The notes: generated by a model from the letters alone, not told the origin. A stretch of DNA of 64,000 nucleotides from an uncultured Acidimicrobiaceae bacterium (GCA_963812885.1 CAWEWZ010000005.1:3497-67496); one strand, 5' to 3'. Shown: positions 50,557 through 59,706, counted from the stretch's first letter. Numbers and translations: made by a program.

Positions 50557-51624
50557 ATGGCTATCGGAGCGTTCTCGGACCGGTCCGGACTGTCGGCGAA
50601 ACGGCTGAGAACCTACGCGGCCGAGGGCCTGCTCGCCCCGGCCGCGGTGGATCCCGGATCGGGGTATCGCTACTACTCGACCGATCAGTTGGCCGACGCC
50701 CAGTTGATCGACGCTCTGCGGCGGGCGGGTGTGCCACTGGCCGAAATCCGCGCCTTCAGGCGCCGGCCCTCGTCCGACCAACTGGATATCTGGGCCAGAC
50801 AGCTCGAAACCGATGCCCACCATCGCCAGGGTGCCCTGACCCATGCCCGCCATCTTCTCGAAGCAGGCCGAGGTCGGGTCGTCCCCGTCGCCCAACCAGG
50901 TTCCGAGGAGGGACTTATGACCAGACTGAGAACCGCGGGTCGCACCGATATCGGTCTTCTTCGCGAGAACAACGAAGACGTCATCGTGACCAACGAGCAT
51001 CTCGCCCTGGTGGCCGACGGGATGGGCGGACACCCGGGGGGCGAGATCGCCGCCGACGTCGTGGCCGGGGTGGTTCCTGCCGCCTTCACCGGCCGGTCAG
51101 GGGAGGAACTCGAAGCCGCGGTACGGGCCGCCAACTGGGCCATTCGGGACCGTGCCGTCGCTCAGCCTGCCCTGGAGGGCATGGGCACCACCATCTGCGC
51201 GGCCGGTCTTCTCGCCTCGGGACAGGTCGCCCTCGTCAATGTCGGCGATAGCCGCGCCTATCTGTGGCATGAGGGCGTGCTGAGCCGGCTGACACGAGAT
51301 CACAGCCTGACCGCCGAACTGATCGAGCGGGGCGAGCTGCAAGAGGAGAAGGCAGCTGACCATCCCTACTACGGGATCCTCACCCGGGCCCTCGGCGTGG
51401 CCTCCGATGTCGACATCGATCGGACCACACTGGTGGTCGAACCTGGTGACCTGATCGTCATCTGCAGTGACGGACTGTTCACCGAGCTGTCCGGCGAGGA
51501 GATCGGGAGCGCCATCGCCGGGGCCGCGGACGTGGCCTCAATCGTCGACCGGCTGATCGAGACGGCCATTGCCCACGGAGGCCGGGACAACGTATCCGTC
51601 GCGGTCGCCGAGGTGGCGGCATGA
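50557..51624 (+). CDS. Fusion protein: N-terminal MerR-family HTH plus dimerisation helix, C-terminal PP2C-type Ser/Thr phosphatase
   Basis: MerR core: MAIGAFSDRSGLSAKRLRTYAAEGLLAP..GYRYYSTDQLADAQLIDALRRAGVPLAEI. PP2C motifs: RENNED, ADGMGGH, VGDSRAY, CSDGL, GGRDNVSV. It is one uninterrupted frame. Confidence 0.8.
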   Translation: MAIGAFSDRSGLSAKRLRTYAAEGLLAPAAVDPGSGYRYYSTDQLADAQLIDALRRAGVPLAEIRAFRRRPSSDQLDIWARQLETDAHHRQGALTHARHLLEAGRGRVVPVAQPGSEEGLMTRLRTAGRTDIGLLRENNEDVIVTNEHLALVADGMGGHPGGEIAADVVAGVVPAAFTGRSGEELEAAVRAANWAIRDRAVAQPALEGMGTTICAAGLLASGQVALVNVGDSRAYLWHEGVLSRLTRDHSLTAELIERGELQEEKAADHPYYGILTRALGVASDVDIDRTTLVVEPGDLIVICSDGLFTELSGEEIGSAIAGAADVASIVDRLIETAIAHGGRDNVSVAVAEVAA

Positions 51625-51631
51625 CAACGGG

Positions 51632-52513
51632 TCAACCCCCCAGGGTGGTGACGGTGCGCTGAAGACAGTCGGGGTCGACGCTTCCCGGTACCAGGATGAA
51701 CTCGTCGCACCCGGCATCCTCGGCGTCGGCGAGGGCCTGGCACAGTCTGGCCGGGGAGCTGACCTCGACCAGGTCGGCCAACGCCCGGGCCGCCCGCTCG
51801 CCGAAGACGGCCAGATAGGCATGGGTGAACCGCCGGAGGTCCTCGGCGGCGCCGGGGCCTCCGAGGAGGAAGAACGAGCCGTTGACCAGTCGGGGCCGTT
51901 CTGAGCGCCCGGCCTTCTCCCATGCCTCGACGGCCATGGCATTGGTGGAGGCCATCTCGTCATAGCCGGCGGCGATCGAGAAGCCGGTGATCCCGTCCGC
52001 CCACCGGGCGGCACGGGCCATCGACTTGGGCCCCATGGCTCCGGCCAACAGCGGCGGTCCACCCGGCCGGATCGGCGGCGGCCCCACCGGTGAGCCACCT
52101 CCGTACGCCGGTTCACCTCTCCACAGCCGGCGGAGATCGGCGACACCCGCGTCGAGCCGGGCGTGCCTGTCGGCGAAGGATGCGCCCACGGCCAGGTAGT
52201 CCTGTTGGCGTCCGCCCACTCCGACACCGACCACCAGCCGGCCGGCGGCCAGGACGTCGAGCGTGGCCAGCTGCTGGGCCAGCAGCGCCGTCGAGTGCAG
52301 CGGGAGGACGGTGAGGTTCATGATCACCTCGACCCGTTCGGTCAGCGCCGCGGCGGCGGTGTTGGTGACCAGGATCTCGGGATTGTGGAACGTGATCCGC
52401 TCGCCCGCCGAGATGCTCGAGAAGGGCCCCTCGTCGATCCCCCGGCACCACTCCATGAACGTCGACCGGGTGAAGCCCTCGGCCATGGTCGGCAACGCCA
52501 TCCCCACATCCAC
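51632..52513 (-). CDS. LLM-class flavin/F420-dependent oxidoreductase
   Basis: VDVGMALPTMAEGF..LDVLAAGRLVVGVGVGG..FILVPGS. The start is GTG 52513 or ATG 52501, inside a longer ORF. Confidence 0.7.
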   Translation of the reverse strand: MDVGMALPTMAEGFTRSTFMEWCRGIDEGPFSSISAGERITFHNPEILVTNTAAAALTERVEVIMNLTVLPLHSTALLAQQLATLDVLAAGRLVVGVGVGGRQQDYLAVGASFADRHARLDAGVADLRRLWRGEPAYGGGSPVGPPPIRPGGPPLLAGAMGPKSMARAARWADGITGFSIAAGYDEMASTNAMAVEAWEKAGRSERPRLVNGSFFLLGGPGAAEDLRRFTHAYLAVFGERAARALADLVEVSSPARLCQALADAEDAGCDEFILVPGSVDPDCLQRTVTTLGG

Positions 52514-52569
52514 GGGCGAGACCCTAGGGGAATTCCGGTCCTGGGATCGCTGATGATGAGTGGAGCGCC

Positions 52570-52750
52570 CTACTCCGGCTTCAGCATCGACTTGATCTGG
52601 CCGCGCAGGTCGGGTCCGTCGGCGTGACCGTGCACATCGGCGGCGTGCATGGCGGCCCGCCCGAATCACCTCCGACTCTTCGCCGGCGATGGTCAGCGTG
52701 CAGCCACTCTCACTCGGCATCTCTCGACAGTCGGCAATCATTCGCGTCAT
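52570..52750 (-). CDS. DUF1059-family small protein; frame break near 52655
   Basis: A strong SD (GGAGGA) precedes ATG 52750. MTRMIADCREMPSESGCTLTIAGEESEVIRAG continues in the next frame as MHAADVHGHADGPDLRGQIKSMLKPE-stop. Confidence 0.7.
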
Positions 52751-52874
52751 GGGATCCTCCGTTGGTGTGTTTTCTGAATCTCCGCTCACTTCTGCTGACC
52801 TGTGGCCCGATGTCGCCGTCCGACCGGCCGACCGGAACCTCACCTGAGACGTCGCCGCACCGTGGAGCGGGCCG

Positions 52875-53648
52875 TCAGCTCTCGACCTCGATGGTGATCA
52901 CACTGACCGTCACGTGCGGCTCGCCCACGTCGATCTGGGAGAAGGCACAACCGGGGATGTCCCGGGGGATCTCCGGGCTCAGTACGTCGAGCCGGTAGGC
53001 GGACGCCGGCGCTACCCATACCGGTATCGAGGCGATCGAACCGAACTGTTCGTGGTGGTTGTGCCCACAGATGATCAATCGCACGTCCGATCCGGCAACG
53101 GCATCTTCGAGCGGCTGGGTGTCGAGGAGCATGATCCGTGCCATCATGCGGATCGGGGAGGCCACCGGCGGGTGATGGACGGCCAGGATGGTTCCGTCGG
53201 GAGCGGGCGTCGAGAGCACCTGGCCCAGGAAGTCGGTGGTCTCCTCGGCGAGGAACCCGAACTCCTCATTGGGCACCGAGGAGTCCAGCGAGATGATGCG
53301 CAGGTCGTTGTGCCAGTGGACCTGGTTGATCGGCCGGGGCTCTGGTGCCTGCCCGAGCAGGTGCCGGCGGAACTCCGGGCGCCGGTCGTGGTTGCCCGGG
53401 AGGTAGATCACCGCGGTTCCGGACGCCTCGGAGGCACCAGCCATGATCTCGGCCAGGTCCTGGTAGCACTCGGCGTCACCGGAGTTGGCCAGATCGCCGG
53501 TGAGTACGAACACGTCCGGACGCAGCCCCACCTCGTCCAGCCTCCGGAGTCCGGTCACCAGGTTGTCCCGCGGGTCGCGACCGTGGAGCAGCGTCCCGTT
53601 GGGCATCAGATGCACGTCGGTGATCTGGACGAGCAGGTGTCCGGTCAT
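52875..53648 (-). CDS. cpdA: Class III cyclic-nucleotide phosphodiesterase (metallophosphoesterase, Rv0805/CpdA-like)
   Basis: From ATG 53648: LLVQITDVHL, VLTGDLANSG, LPGNHD, LAVHHPP and CGHNHH match the Rv0805-type metal ligands in order. Confidence 0.8.
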   Translation of the reverse strand: MTGHLLVQITDVHLMPNGTLLHGRDPRDNLVTGLRRLDEVGLRPDVFVLTGDLANSGDAECYQDLAEIMAGASEASGTAVIYLPGNHDRRPEFRRHLLGQAPEPRPINQVHWHNDLRIISLDSSVPNEEFGFLAEETTDFLGQVLSTPAPDGTILAVHHPPVASPIRMMARIMLLDTQPLEDAVAGSDVRLIICGHNHHEQFGSIASIPVWVAPASAYRLDVLSPEIPRDIPGCAFSQIDVGEPHVTVSVITIEVES

Positions 53649-54083
53649 TCCATCCCCGATTTGCGGCCCGGGATGGGCCGCCAGCCACGCCTTCCCCCGG
53701 GCCGACGACGCCCGTGACAGCCAGGCATCCTCGATGACTTCGGCCAACCCCTGCCGGGTGAGCTCCCTGATCCGACTGGCCCGCAACAGCACGGATTTGT
53801 GGCCATCGAAGTGTTGGGTGGTGAAGAACGGCGAGGCCTCGTCCTGAACCAGCGCCTGCTTGTCGAACTCGGACGGCACCCAGAAGACGATGACATCCGG
53901 GTAGCGCTCGCCGGTGTCCGGATCGACGGCATCGGGTCGGGGATTGCGGAAGAACACGAATGACTTCTGGCCCACCTGGTAGACCGGATTGCCACCGGGA
54001 CCATTCACGACCGTCACATGGGGCATCGCCGTGGCGAGATCGTGCACGTCCTCGATGCGTGCCTTCCTTCGTCCACCCGACAC
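53645..54083 (-). CDS. MmcQ/YjbR-like small protein, read in frame into cpdA as assembled
   Basis: IEDVHDLATAMPHVTVV..VYQVGQKSFVFF..VIVFWVP..HFDGHKSVLLRAS..ELTRQGLAEVIEDAW fits the YjbR-like fold pattern. There is no stop before cpdA in this frame, but the +1 frame ends ..KSGME-TGA and forms an ATGA overlap with the cpdA ATG. The start is uncertain (GTG 54083 or 54164). Confidence 0.55.
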
Positions 54084-54189
54084 TCCCTGATCTTGACACG
54101 ACGGTGGAGTCGGGGACCGGAGGGACGCCGTCGGATCTCCAGGTGCGGCTGCGCCCGCATCCACTGCTCACACCTACACGCCCCGTGTT

Positions 54190-54207
54190 AACTACATCGA
54201 TGTAGTT
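54190..54207. promoter_or_regulatory. 18-bp perfect palindrome AACTACAT-CG-ATGTAGTT in the divergent intergenic region
   Basis: Read directly. It is AT-rich relative to its surroundings and lies between the YjbR/cpdA unit and the XRE regulator gene. Confidence 0.55.
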
Positions 54208-54259
54208 CGACAATTCGTCGGGATTTCCGACGCCCCGCCCTTGTGGAGACCCCCAGCCA

Positions 54260-54282
54260 CCACTACCGTGAACAAGTAGTGG
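54260..54282. promoter_or_regulatory. Inverted repeat CCACTAC-N9-GTAGTGG sharing the ACTAC/GTAGT half-site with the 18-bp palindrome
   Basis: 7-bp perfect arms, at the 5' edge of the XRE ORF. Confidence 0.4.
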
Positions 54283-54686
54283 ATACAAATGAGTACTCAG
54301 TAGAGCCTCCCGACGTGCTGGCCGGACGGATCCGGGCCTACCGGCTCAGGCGCGGGGTCACCCAACGGGACCTGGCCGACCAACTGGGCGTGACCCAGCA
54401 GTCGGTGGCCCGATGGGAGCAGGGATCGCCGCCGAGGAGGTACATGCTCCGGATCATCGAGTCACTGCTGGACGGAGAAGCAGGCGGCGGCCAACCCGCC
54501 GACCTGGCCGAAATCATCGGCATCCGTCCCCCCGTCGTGGCGCCCGTCCGATCCGCGGACATCGACGGTGCCCGGAAGATCTACGTGCAGGGGTGCCTCA
54601 AGCTCCTCGAGCGCGGGGAGCGCCTACCGAACCGGGTCCTCCTGTTGTTGGCCGACGAACTCGGTTGGACCGAGGACGATTCCTGA
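54279..54686 (+). CDS. XRE-family helix-turn-helix transcriptional regulator
   Basis: LAGRIRAYRLRRGVTQRDLADQLGVTQQSVARWEQG is the canonical XRE HTH. The start is uncertain (GTG 54243, 54279 or 54315). Confidence 0.75.
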   Translation: MDTNEYSVEPPDVLAGRIRAYRLRRGVTQRDLADQLGVTQQSVARWEQGSPPRRYMLRIIESLLDGEAGGGQPADLAEIIGIRPPVVAPVRSADIDGARKIYVQGCLKLLERGERLPNRVLLLLADELGWTEDDS

Positions 54687-54811
54687 ACCTGTGGTCGGAG
54701 TAGGGCGGACGCACGTGGTCTCCACGAACCGATGGCCTATGTCGGCACCGTGATCCCGGCGGTGGGCGCGGGTTAAGGTTCCGACGTTCCGTTGCCGAAG
54801 GGAGACTGGCC

Positions 54812-55123
54812 ATGTGGGCTCAACTCATCACGATGCGTCTGAAGCCGGGGAAGGAGGGCGAACTTCCCAAGTTGCTCGAGCAACTGCGAGCGGTCGAACA
54901 ACCGGGTACCGGTCTGCTCCGCTCGACGACCATGCGGGATCAGAACGACCCCAGTCGGGTCGTCACCCTGGTCGTCTTCGAGAGCGAGGATCGGGCCCGG
55001 GCCCGAGAAGGGGACCCCCGCCGCCAGGAGGGTCTGGAGGCGGTGAGGGCCACGATGGCCGAGATCTTCGACGGACCTCCCGAATTCGTCGACCTCACCG
55101 TCACCGACGAATACCTGCCCTGA
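54812..55123 (+). CDS. ABM/Dabb-fold (antibiotic biosynthesis monooxygenase-like) small protein
   Basis: 103 aa. A GGGAGA SD precedes the ATG. The MWAQLITMRLKPGK..VVTLVVFESEDRARARE pattern fits a ferredoxin-like ABM fold. Confidence 0.55.
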   Translation: MWAQLITMRLKPGKEGELPKLLEQLRAVEQPGTGLLRSTTMRDQNDPSRVVTLVVFESEDRARAREGDPRRQEGLEAVRATMAEIFDGPPEFVDLTVTDEYLP

Positions 55124-55131
55124 TCCGGACT

Positions 55132-55154
55132 CGGCAGCCGGATCCCGGCTGCCG
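55132..55154. terminator. Hairpin CGGCAGCCGG-atc-CCGGCTGCCG between convergent genes
   Basis: Perfect 10-bp stem with a 3-nt loop, 9 nt after the ABM stop and 12 nt from the stop of the minus-strand permease. Confidence 0.5.
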
Positions 55155-55165
55155 GATGGTGACGC

Positions 55166-56279
55166 TCAGGCGTCCCGCTTGGCCATCCGCCAGGCGCCCA
55201 GGGCTGTCCAGCCGACGAGCCAGGCGGCGATGACGAAGACGGCGGTGGTTCGCGACTCCGGCACCAGGTTGGAAGTGCCCGGGTTGCCGTTGGGTCCCCC
55301 GCCCCCTCCGAACACGAATTCGAGACCTGACGGTTCGAGATGGGCCACGCCCAGCCCGACCACGGCCCGCTGGAGATTGATCATGTAGGGGATGGTGTGC
55401 TGAGCCAGGATCGGGGTGAGGATGACCTCCAGGGCGATCATCAGGATCACGGCGACGGTTCGCTGCCCGAGCAGGGATCCGAGACCGAGTCCGACGATGA
55501 AGCCGATGATCACCTCGAGCTCGATCCACAGGCCGGTCCGGACCATGAGCCCCACCGAGGGGGACAGGAAGACTTTGGTGTAGCCCGAATAGTTCTGCCT
55601 GGCCATCTGTACCGCGGTGTACCTGATCATGGCCGGCGTGGGCGTGGGCGGATTGACCGATGCGGAGCCGGACGGGCCTTGCTTGACGATCCGCGGCCCA
55701 CCCGGTCCGTTGCACAGGGTCGGGGTGTCGCCGAGGACGGTGTTGACGACGCCGGCGGAGGACGGATTCCCGCGATAGTTGAAACTACAGACCACCTCGT
55801 GTGGAGTGATCCGAGGCCCAGTGCTCGAATCCGGCCTGGGACAGACCGGGGGGAACATTGACGCCCTGATAGCTGACCTGGGTGGGTGCGGCGAATACGC
55901 ACACCGCGCAGACGATGGTGAAGCCGATGGCCGTCAGCGGGACCACGATGGCCAGGCCGGCCGGTATCCGGGCCAGGTAGAGCGCCAACCGCGAGCGGCC
56001 GGTCACCACCAGATGGCGGAACATGCCCTCGGTGAGATCGACGGATCCGGCCGTGCAGCCCAGGGTGGCGGCCACGATGAAGCCGAAGACGTACAGCACA
56101 CCGGGCACCAGGGCGTTGAAGATGTCCGCCCCGCCGGCCGGCCCGTAGGACTTGGGGTCGAAGGCGTGGGCCAGGAGGCGGATGGTGAGGAAGAGGGTGG
56201 GGACGCCGATGATGACGACGATCAGGGCCACCATCAGACCCCGCCGCTTCCGCAGCTCCATGAAGCGGGTGGCGATCAT
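55166..56279 (-). CDS. ABC-2 type transporter permease; frame break near 55800
   Basis: The N-terminal half (MIATRFMELRKRRGLMVALIVVIIG..) and C-terminal half (..VILMIALEVILTPILAQ..VFVIAAWLVGWTALGAW) are in different frames. A loop region rich in predicted extracytoplasmic sequence joins them. Confidence 0.7.
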
Positions 56280-56372
56280 CCCACCGGTCGGGATCCACGA
56301 ACCCCGCCGGTCGGGAGCGTGCCCGAGCGGGATCGGGGCCGTGCGGCGAGGCCATCACATCGGATGCCGCGG

Positions 56373-57350
56373 TCATTCGGACGCCCCCAATCGGCTGGTG
56401 ACTTGGAGGAACCACGATTCGAGCGAGGTCTGGATCTCCTGGAGCCGGTAGACGGCGATGCCGCCTCCGACCAGGACGCGGTTGATCTCGGCGATCACGT
56501 CCCGGCCGGTTCCGGCCGCCAGCGTGATCCCGAGCCCAGCGGCACCGATTTCGACGCGCCCACCGATGGTGGTGTCGGCGAGCAGTGCCCCGGCCCGGGC
56601 CGGATCGGAGCATTCGACCTCCACGACGAAGGACGATCCGGCCAGGAGGTCGGTGATGGCTCCCTGGCGGATGACCTTGCCCCGGTCCACGATGGCCACC
56701 GCGTCACAGGTCCGCTCCACCTCGTCGAGGAGGTGGGAGGAGAGCACGACGGTGCGACCCTCGGCCACCAGGGACAGGATCATGTCCCGCATGTCCTGCA
56801 TCCCGGCCGGGTCCAGCCCGTTCATCGGTTCGTCCAGGATCAGGAGCTGCGGGTCTCCGATCAGGCAGGCCGCCACCCCGAGGCGTTGACGCATGCCCAT
56901 CGAGTACTTCGACACCTTGTCATCGGCCCGGTGCAGCATCCCGACACGTTCGAGGGCAGGTCCGATCCGATCCTTGGCCTCCGGCTCCCGCGCCGCGGCC
57001 AGGATCTGGAGGTTCTGCCTCCCGGTGAGATGGCCGTGGAACCGGGGCTCGTCGACGATGGCGCCGACCCGGGCCAGAGCGGCGGCCCGATCCCGGGGCA
57101 CCCGGTGGCCGAGCAGTTGCATGGTGCCGGCGTCGGCGCTGGTGAGCCCGAGCAGCACCCGGATGAGGGTGGTCTTCCCCGCTCCGTTGGGGCCCAGGTA
57201 GCCGAACGCGCAGCCTCGGGGGACCAGGAGCTCGACGTCGTTCACGGCGATGTTGTCGCCGAACCGCTTGGTGAGCCCGTGGGTCTCCACGGCCCAGTGC
57301 CCTTCCGAATCGCGGCGCTCCTCCGCCTCCGTCGTGAGGGTGATGCTCAT
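56373..57350 (-). CDS. ABC transporter ATP-binding protein (ABC-2/DrrA-like)
   Basis: Walker A GPNGAGKTT, signature YSMGMRQR, Walker B LLILDEP. Intact at 325 aa. Confidence 0.9.
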   Translation of the reverse strand: MSITLTTEAEERRDSEGHWAVETHGLTKRFGDNIAVNDVELLVPRGCAFGYLGPNGAGKTTLIRVLLGLTSADAGTMQLLGHRVPRDRAAALARVGAIVDEPRFHGHLTGRQNLQILAAAREPEAKDRIGPALERVGMLHRADDKVSKYSMGMRQRLGVAACLIGDPQLLILDEPMNGLDPAGMQDMRDMILSLVAEGRTVVLSSHLLDEVERTCDAVAIVDRGKVIRQGAITDLLAGSSFVVEVECSDPARAGALLADTTIGGRVEIGAAGLGITLAAGTGRDVIAEINRVLVGGGIAVYRLQEIQTSLESWFLQVTSRLGASE

Positions 57351-57507
57351 CGGGTACGTCCGGTTGTGACCATGGGTCCACCGTACGACAGCCGGTCCAC
57401 AGATGGAATGCGGCTAGCGGGTGACTCGGGGTGGGGAAATCCCCCGATCAGAGGGCGTTGCCACCCACAGGTGGAGGCAGAGAACCCCCGTCACCGAGTC
57501 CGGACGC

Positions 57508-58158
57508 TCAGGTGTCGAGGAAGCGGAGCACGGCCAGGACCCGTCGGTGGTCCGACTGCGAGACGGGCAGGTCCAGCTTGGAGAAGATGTTGGTCACGTG
57601 TTTCTCGACCGCCCCTTCGGAGACGCAGAGCGAGTCGGCGATCGCCGTGTTGGTCCGCCCCTCGGCCATGAGGGACAGGACGTCCCGCTCCCGGGTCGTC
57701 AGCACCGAGATCGAGTCCCGGCGCCGGGAGGCGCCCATGAGCTGGGTGACCACTTCGGGATCCAGGGCCGTTCCCCCGGAGGCCACACGCTCCAGGGCCT
57801 CGACGAACTGGCTGACGTCGGCGACCCGGTCCTTCAGGAGGTAGCCGATGCCGGCGGCATCGTTGCCCAGCAGCTCCTCGGCATAGCGGGTCTCGATGTA
57901 CTGCGAGAACATCAGGATGGCCAATCCCTCGTACTGCTGACGGAGCTCGATCGCCGCCCGCAGCCCCTCGTCGGTGAACGAGGGCGGCATCCTGATATCC
58001 ACCACCACCACGTCCGGGCGATCCCGTCCGATGGCGTGGCGGAGAGACGTGGCGTCGGCGACGGCGGCGGTGATCTCGAACCCGCGGTCGAGGAGGAGTT
58101 GGACGAGGCCGTCCCGGAGGATCACCGAATCCTCGGCAATGGCGACCCGGAGAGGCAC
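57508..58158 (-). CDS. LuxR/NarL-family response regulator without an adjacent intact kinase
   Basis: REC (VAIAEDSVILRDG..VVVVDIRMPP) plus a LuxR HTH (LTTRERDVLSLMAEGRTNTAIA). Confidence 0.9.
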   Translation of the reverse strand: MPLRVAIAEDSVILRDGLVQLLLDRGFEITAAVADATSLRHAIGRDRPDVVVVDIRMPPSFTDEGLRAAIELRQQYEGLAILMFSQYIETRYAEELLGNDAAGIGYLLKDRVADVSQFVEALERVASGGTALDPEVVTQLMGASRRRDSISVLTTRERDVLSLMAEGRTNTAIADSLCVSEGAVEKHVTNIFSKLDLPVSQSDHRRVLAVLRFLDT

Positions 58159-58528
58159 GATCCGTCAGGCCCGCAGCGGGAGATCGACGGGCTCCGGCTC
58201 GTCGATGGCCCGTCGGGCAGGGCGCCGGCCAGCCGTCGCGGCGGCTCCGACCACGTACGGCGGGTGAACGGAGTCCCGATGACCGTCCGGGCGATCTCCT
58301 CCAATCGGGAATTGGGCTCCGATCCCCAGGCGATCACCACATGGGCCTCCTCATGGATCAAACATAGAGAAGATTGGTGATCATGGGAATGCGGTCAGCC
58401 GGATTGGTCCGGTGGGGGTGCTCCGCTGGTGGACAGGTCGGCGTTGCCTCCGATCGACCCCGTGACCACCGGGAAGTCCCCGGTACCGCCCCTTCGTGTG
58501 GGCGTCCCCGAGCATGAGGGAGATAACT

Positions 58529-58702
58529 GTGCGGTACACCTACAGCGTATTGTCGGTGGGTCTTCGTGACCGGAAGTTCGAGAAGCGGGTGCAGAGCCAC
58601 CTGGACGCCTACGCAGGTGCCGGATGGAGGTTGGTGTCCACCGGCCAGCGCGATGAGGAGGACAGCGTCGAGTTCTCGTTCTTCTGGGAGGCCGGGGACT
58701 GA
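58529..58702 (+). CDS. DUF4177-like small protein
   Basis: GTG 58529 is preceded by GAGGGAG. (M)RYTYSVLSVGLRDRKFEKRVQSHLDAYAGAGWRLVS.. An alternative ATG lies at 58514. Confidence 0.45.
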   Translation: MRYTYSVLSVGLRDRKFEKRVQSHLDAYAGAGWRLVSTGQRDEEDSVEFSFFWEAGD

Positions 58703-58714
58703 GGGCGGCAACCC

Positions 58715-59389
58715 TCACGCGGAGCCGACATTGGTGTCGAGCCATTGTCGCAGGGGTGCGGTAGCCCGGAGGAACTCGACCACCCGGCGCTTCGCCGCCG
58801 CGGTGGCCAGCCAGGGCCCGACCGGCCATTCCTTCCAGGCCGTCAGCCCCTTGTGCCTGAGCAGCTCCACCCGGGGATGATCCTTCGGATACCCCCGGGG
58901 TGCCGACTTGAGGACGTCGTGGGCGGTCACCCCGATGCCCTTGCTCCGCAGCCCGCTCACCAGGCCGACCAGTTCCGCCCCCCGCCGGCCATCGGCGACG
59001 GCGGCCCGGAAGCGGGCCAGCTGCCCGGGCGAAGGCAAGTAGAGGCCGGAGCCCACGCCGAGAGCGTCGGCGGACAGGGAGAGGTAACCCACGTCGAGGT
59101 GGGCGGCGATGTTGGTCTTGTACGGCGACTTGTCGATGCTGAACCGCGTATCCCGATAGGGGCGGAAGACGCGGCCCTCGCCGAATTCCGGGACCAACTC
59201 GGCCAGGAGATCCAGCATGGGACCGCGGACTTCGCTCTCGTAGAACTCCTTGTGCGCGGTCCAGAAGGTCTTGGTGTTGTCCATCTCGAGCTCGTCGAAG
59301 AAGTCGACCGCGTCGAGCTTCCAGCCCCGGAATTTCCGGGTGCGGCCAGGCCCTCCCGATCTCTTCGGGGATGTCGTGGCGGGGGCCAT
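58715..59389 (-). CDS. DUF2461 (TIGR02453-like) family protein
   Basis: FRGWKLDAVDFFDELEMDNTKTFW..RVFRPYRDTRFSIDKSPYKTNIAA is the family hallmark. Confidence 0.75.
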   Translation of the reverse strand: MAPATTSPKRSGGPGRTRKFRGWKLDAVDFFDELEMDNTKTFWTAHKEFYESEVRGPMLDLLAELVPEFGEGRVFRPYRDTRFSIDKSPYKTNIAAHLDVGYLSLSADALGVGSGLYLPSPGQLARFRAAVADGRRGAELVGLVSGLRSKGIGVTAHDVLKSAPRGYPKDHPRVELLRHKGLTAWKEWPVGPWLATAAAKRRVVEFLRATAPLRQWLDTNVGSA

Positions 59390-59403
59390 GCCGACGTCTC
59401 CCG

Positions 59404-59604
59404 CTACTTGACGGCTTCGAGGTCCTCGGGATCGGGGACGATCTCACCCGCCTCGTCGAGGATCGGGGCGAGCAGATGGAGGTCGGGGTTGTCGAGGTCC
59501 GGATCGTTGGGATCCATGCCCCGCTCGGCGCAGAACCTGAGCAGGCGCCGCTCCTGGGCCAGTCGCCACTTGTGCCCACCGACCTCCACAGTGTCCTCGG
59601 TCAT
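59404..59604 (-). CDS. Small acidic hypothetical protein (66 aa)
   Basis: ATG 59604 follows GAGG. High GC3. It lies 14 nt upstream of the DUF2461 gene on the same strand. Confidence 0.45.
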   Translation of the reverse strand: MTEDTVEVGGHKWRLAQERRLLRFCAERGMDPNDPDLDNPDLHLLAPILDEAGEIVPDPEDLEAVK

Positions 59605-59706
59605 GGCAACCTCATCATCCTCGCTGTGCCGGTGTCGGGAACGCTCGACGAGGGCCAATCTAGCGGGAGGGATCGGCCGACCATCGTCGCCGGGCTACGG
59701 GGACAT

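Noticed and set aside
58122-58361. 79-aa TTG-initiated ORF upstream of the orphan response regulator
   Set aside because: It has no SD, a weak start codon and no recognisable motif, and it overlaps the regulator start. I treat it as non-coding or as kinase-remnant DNA rather than a gene.
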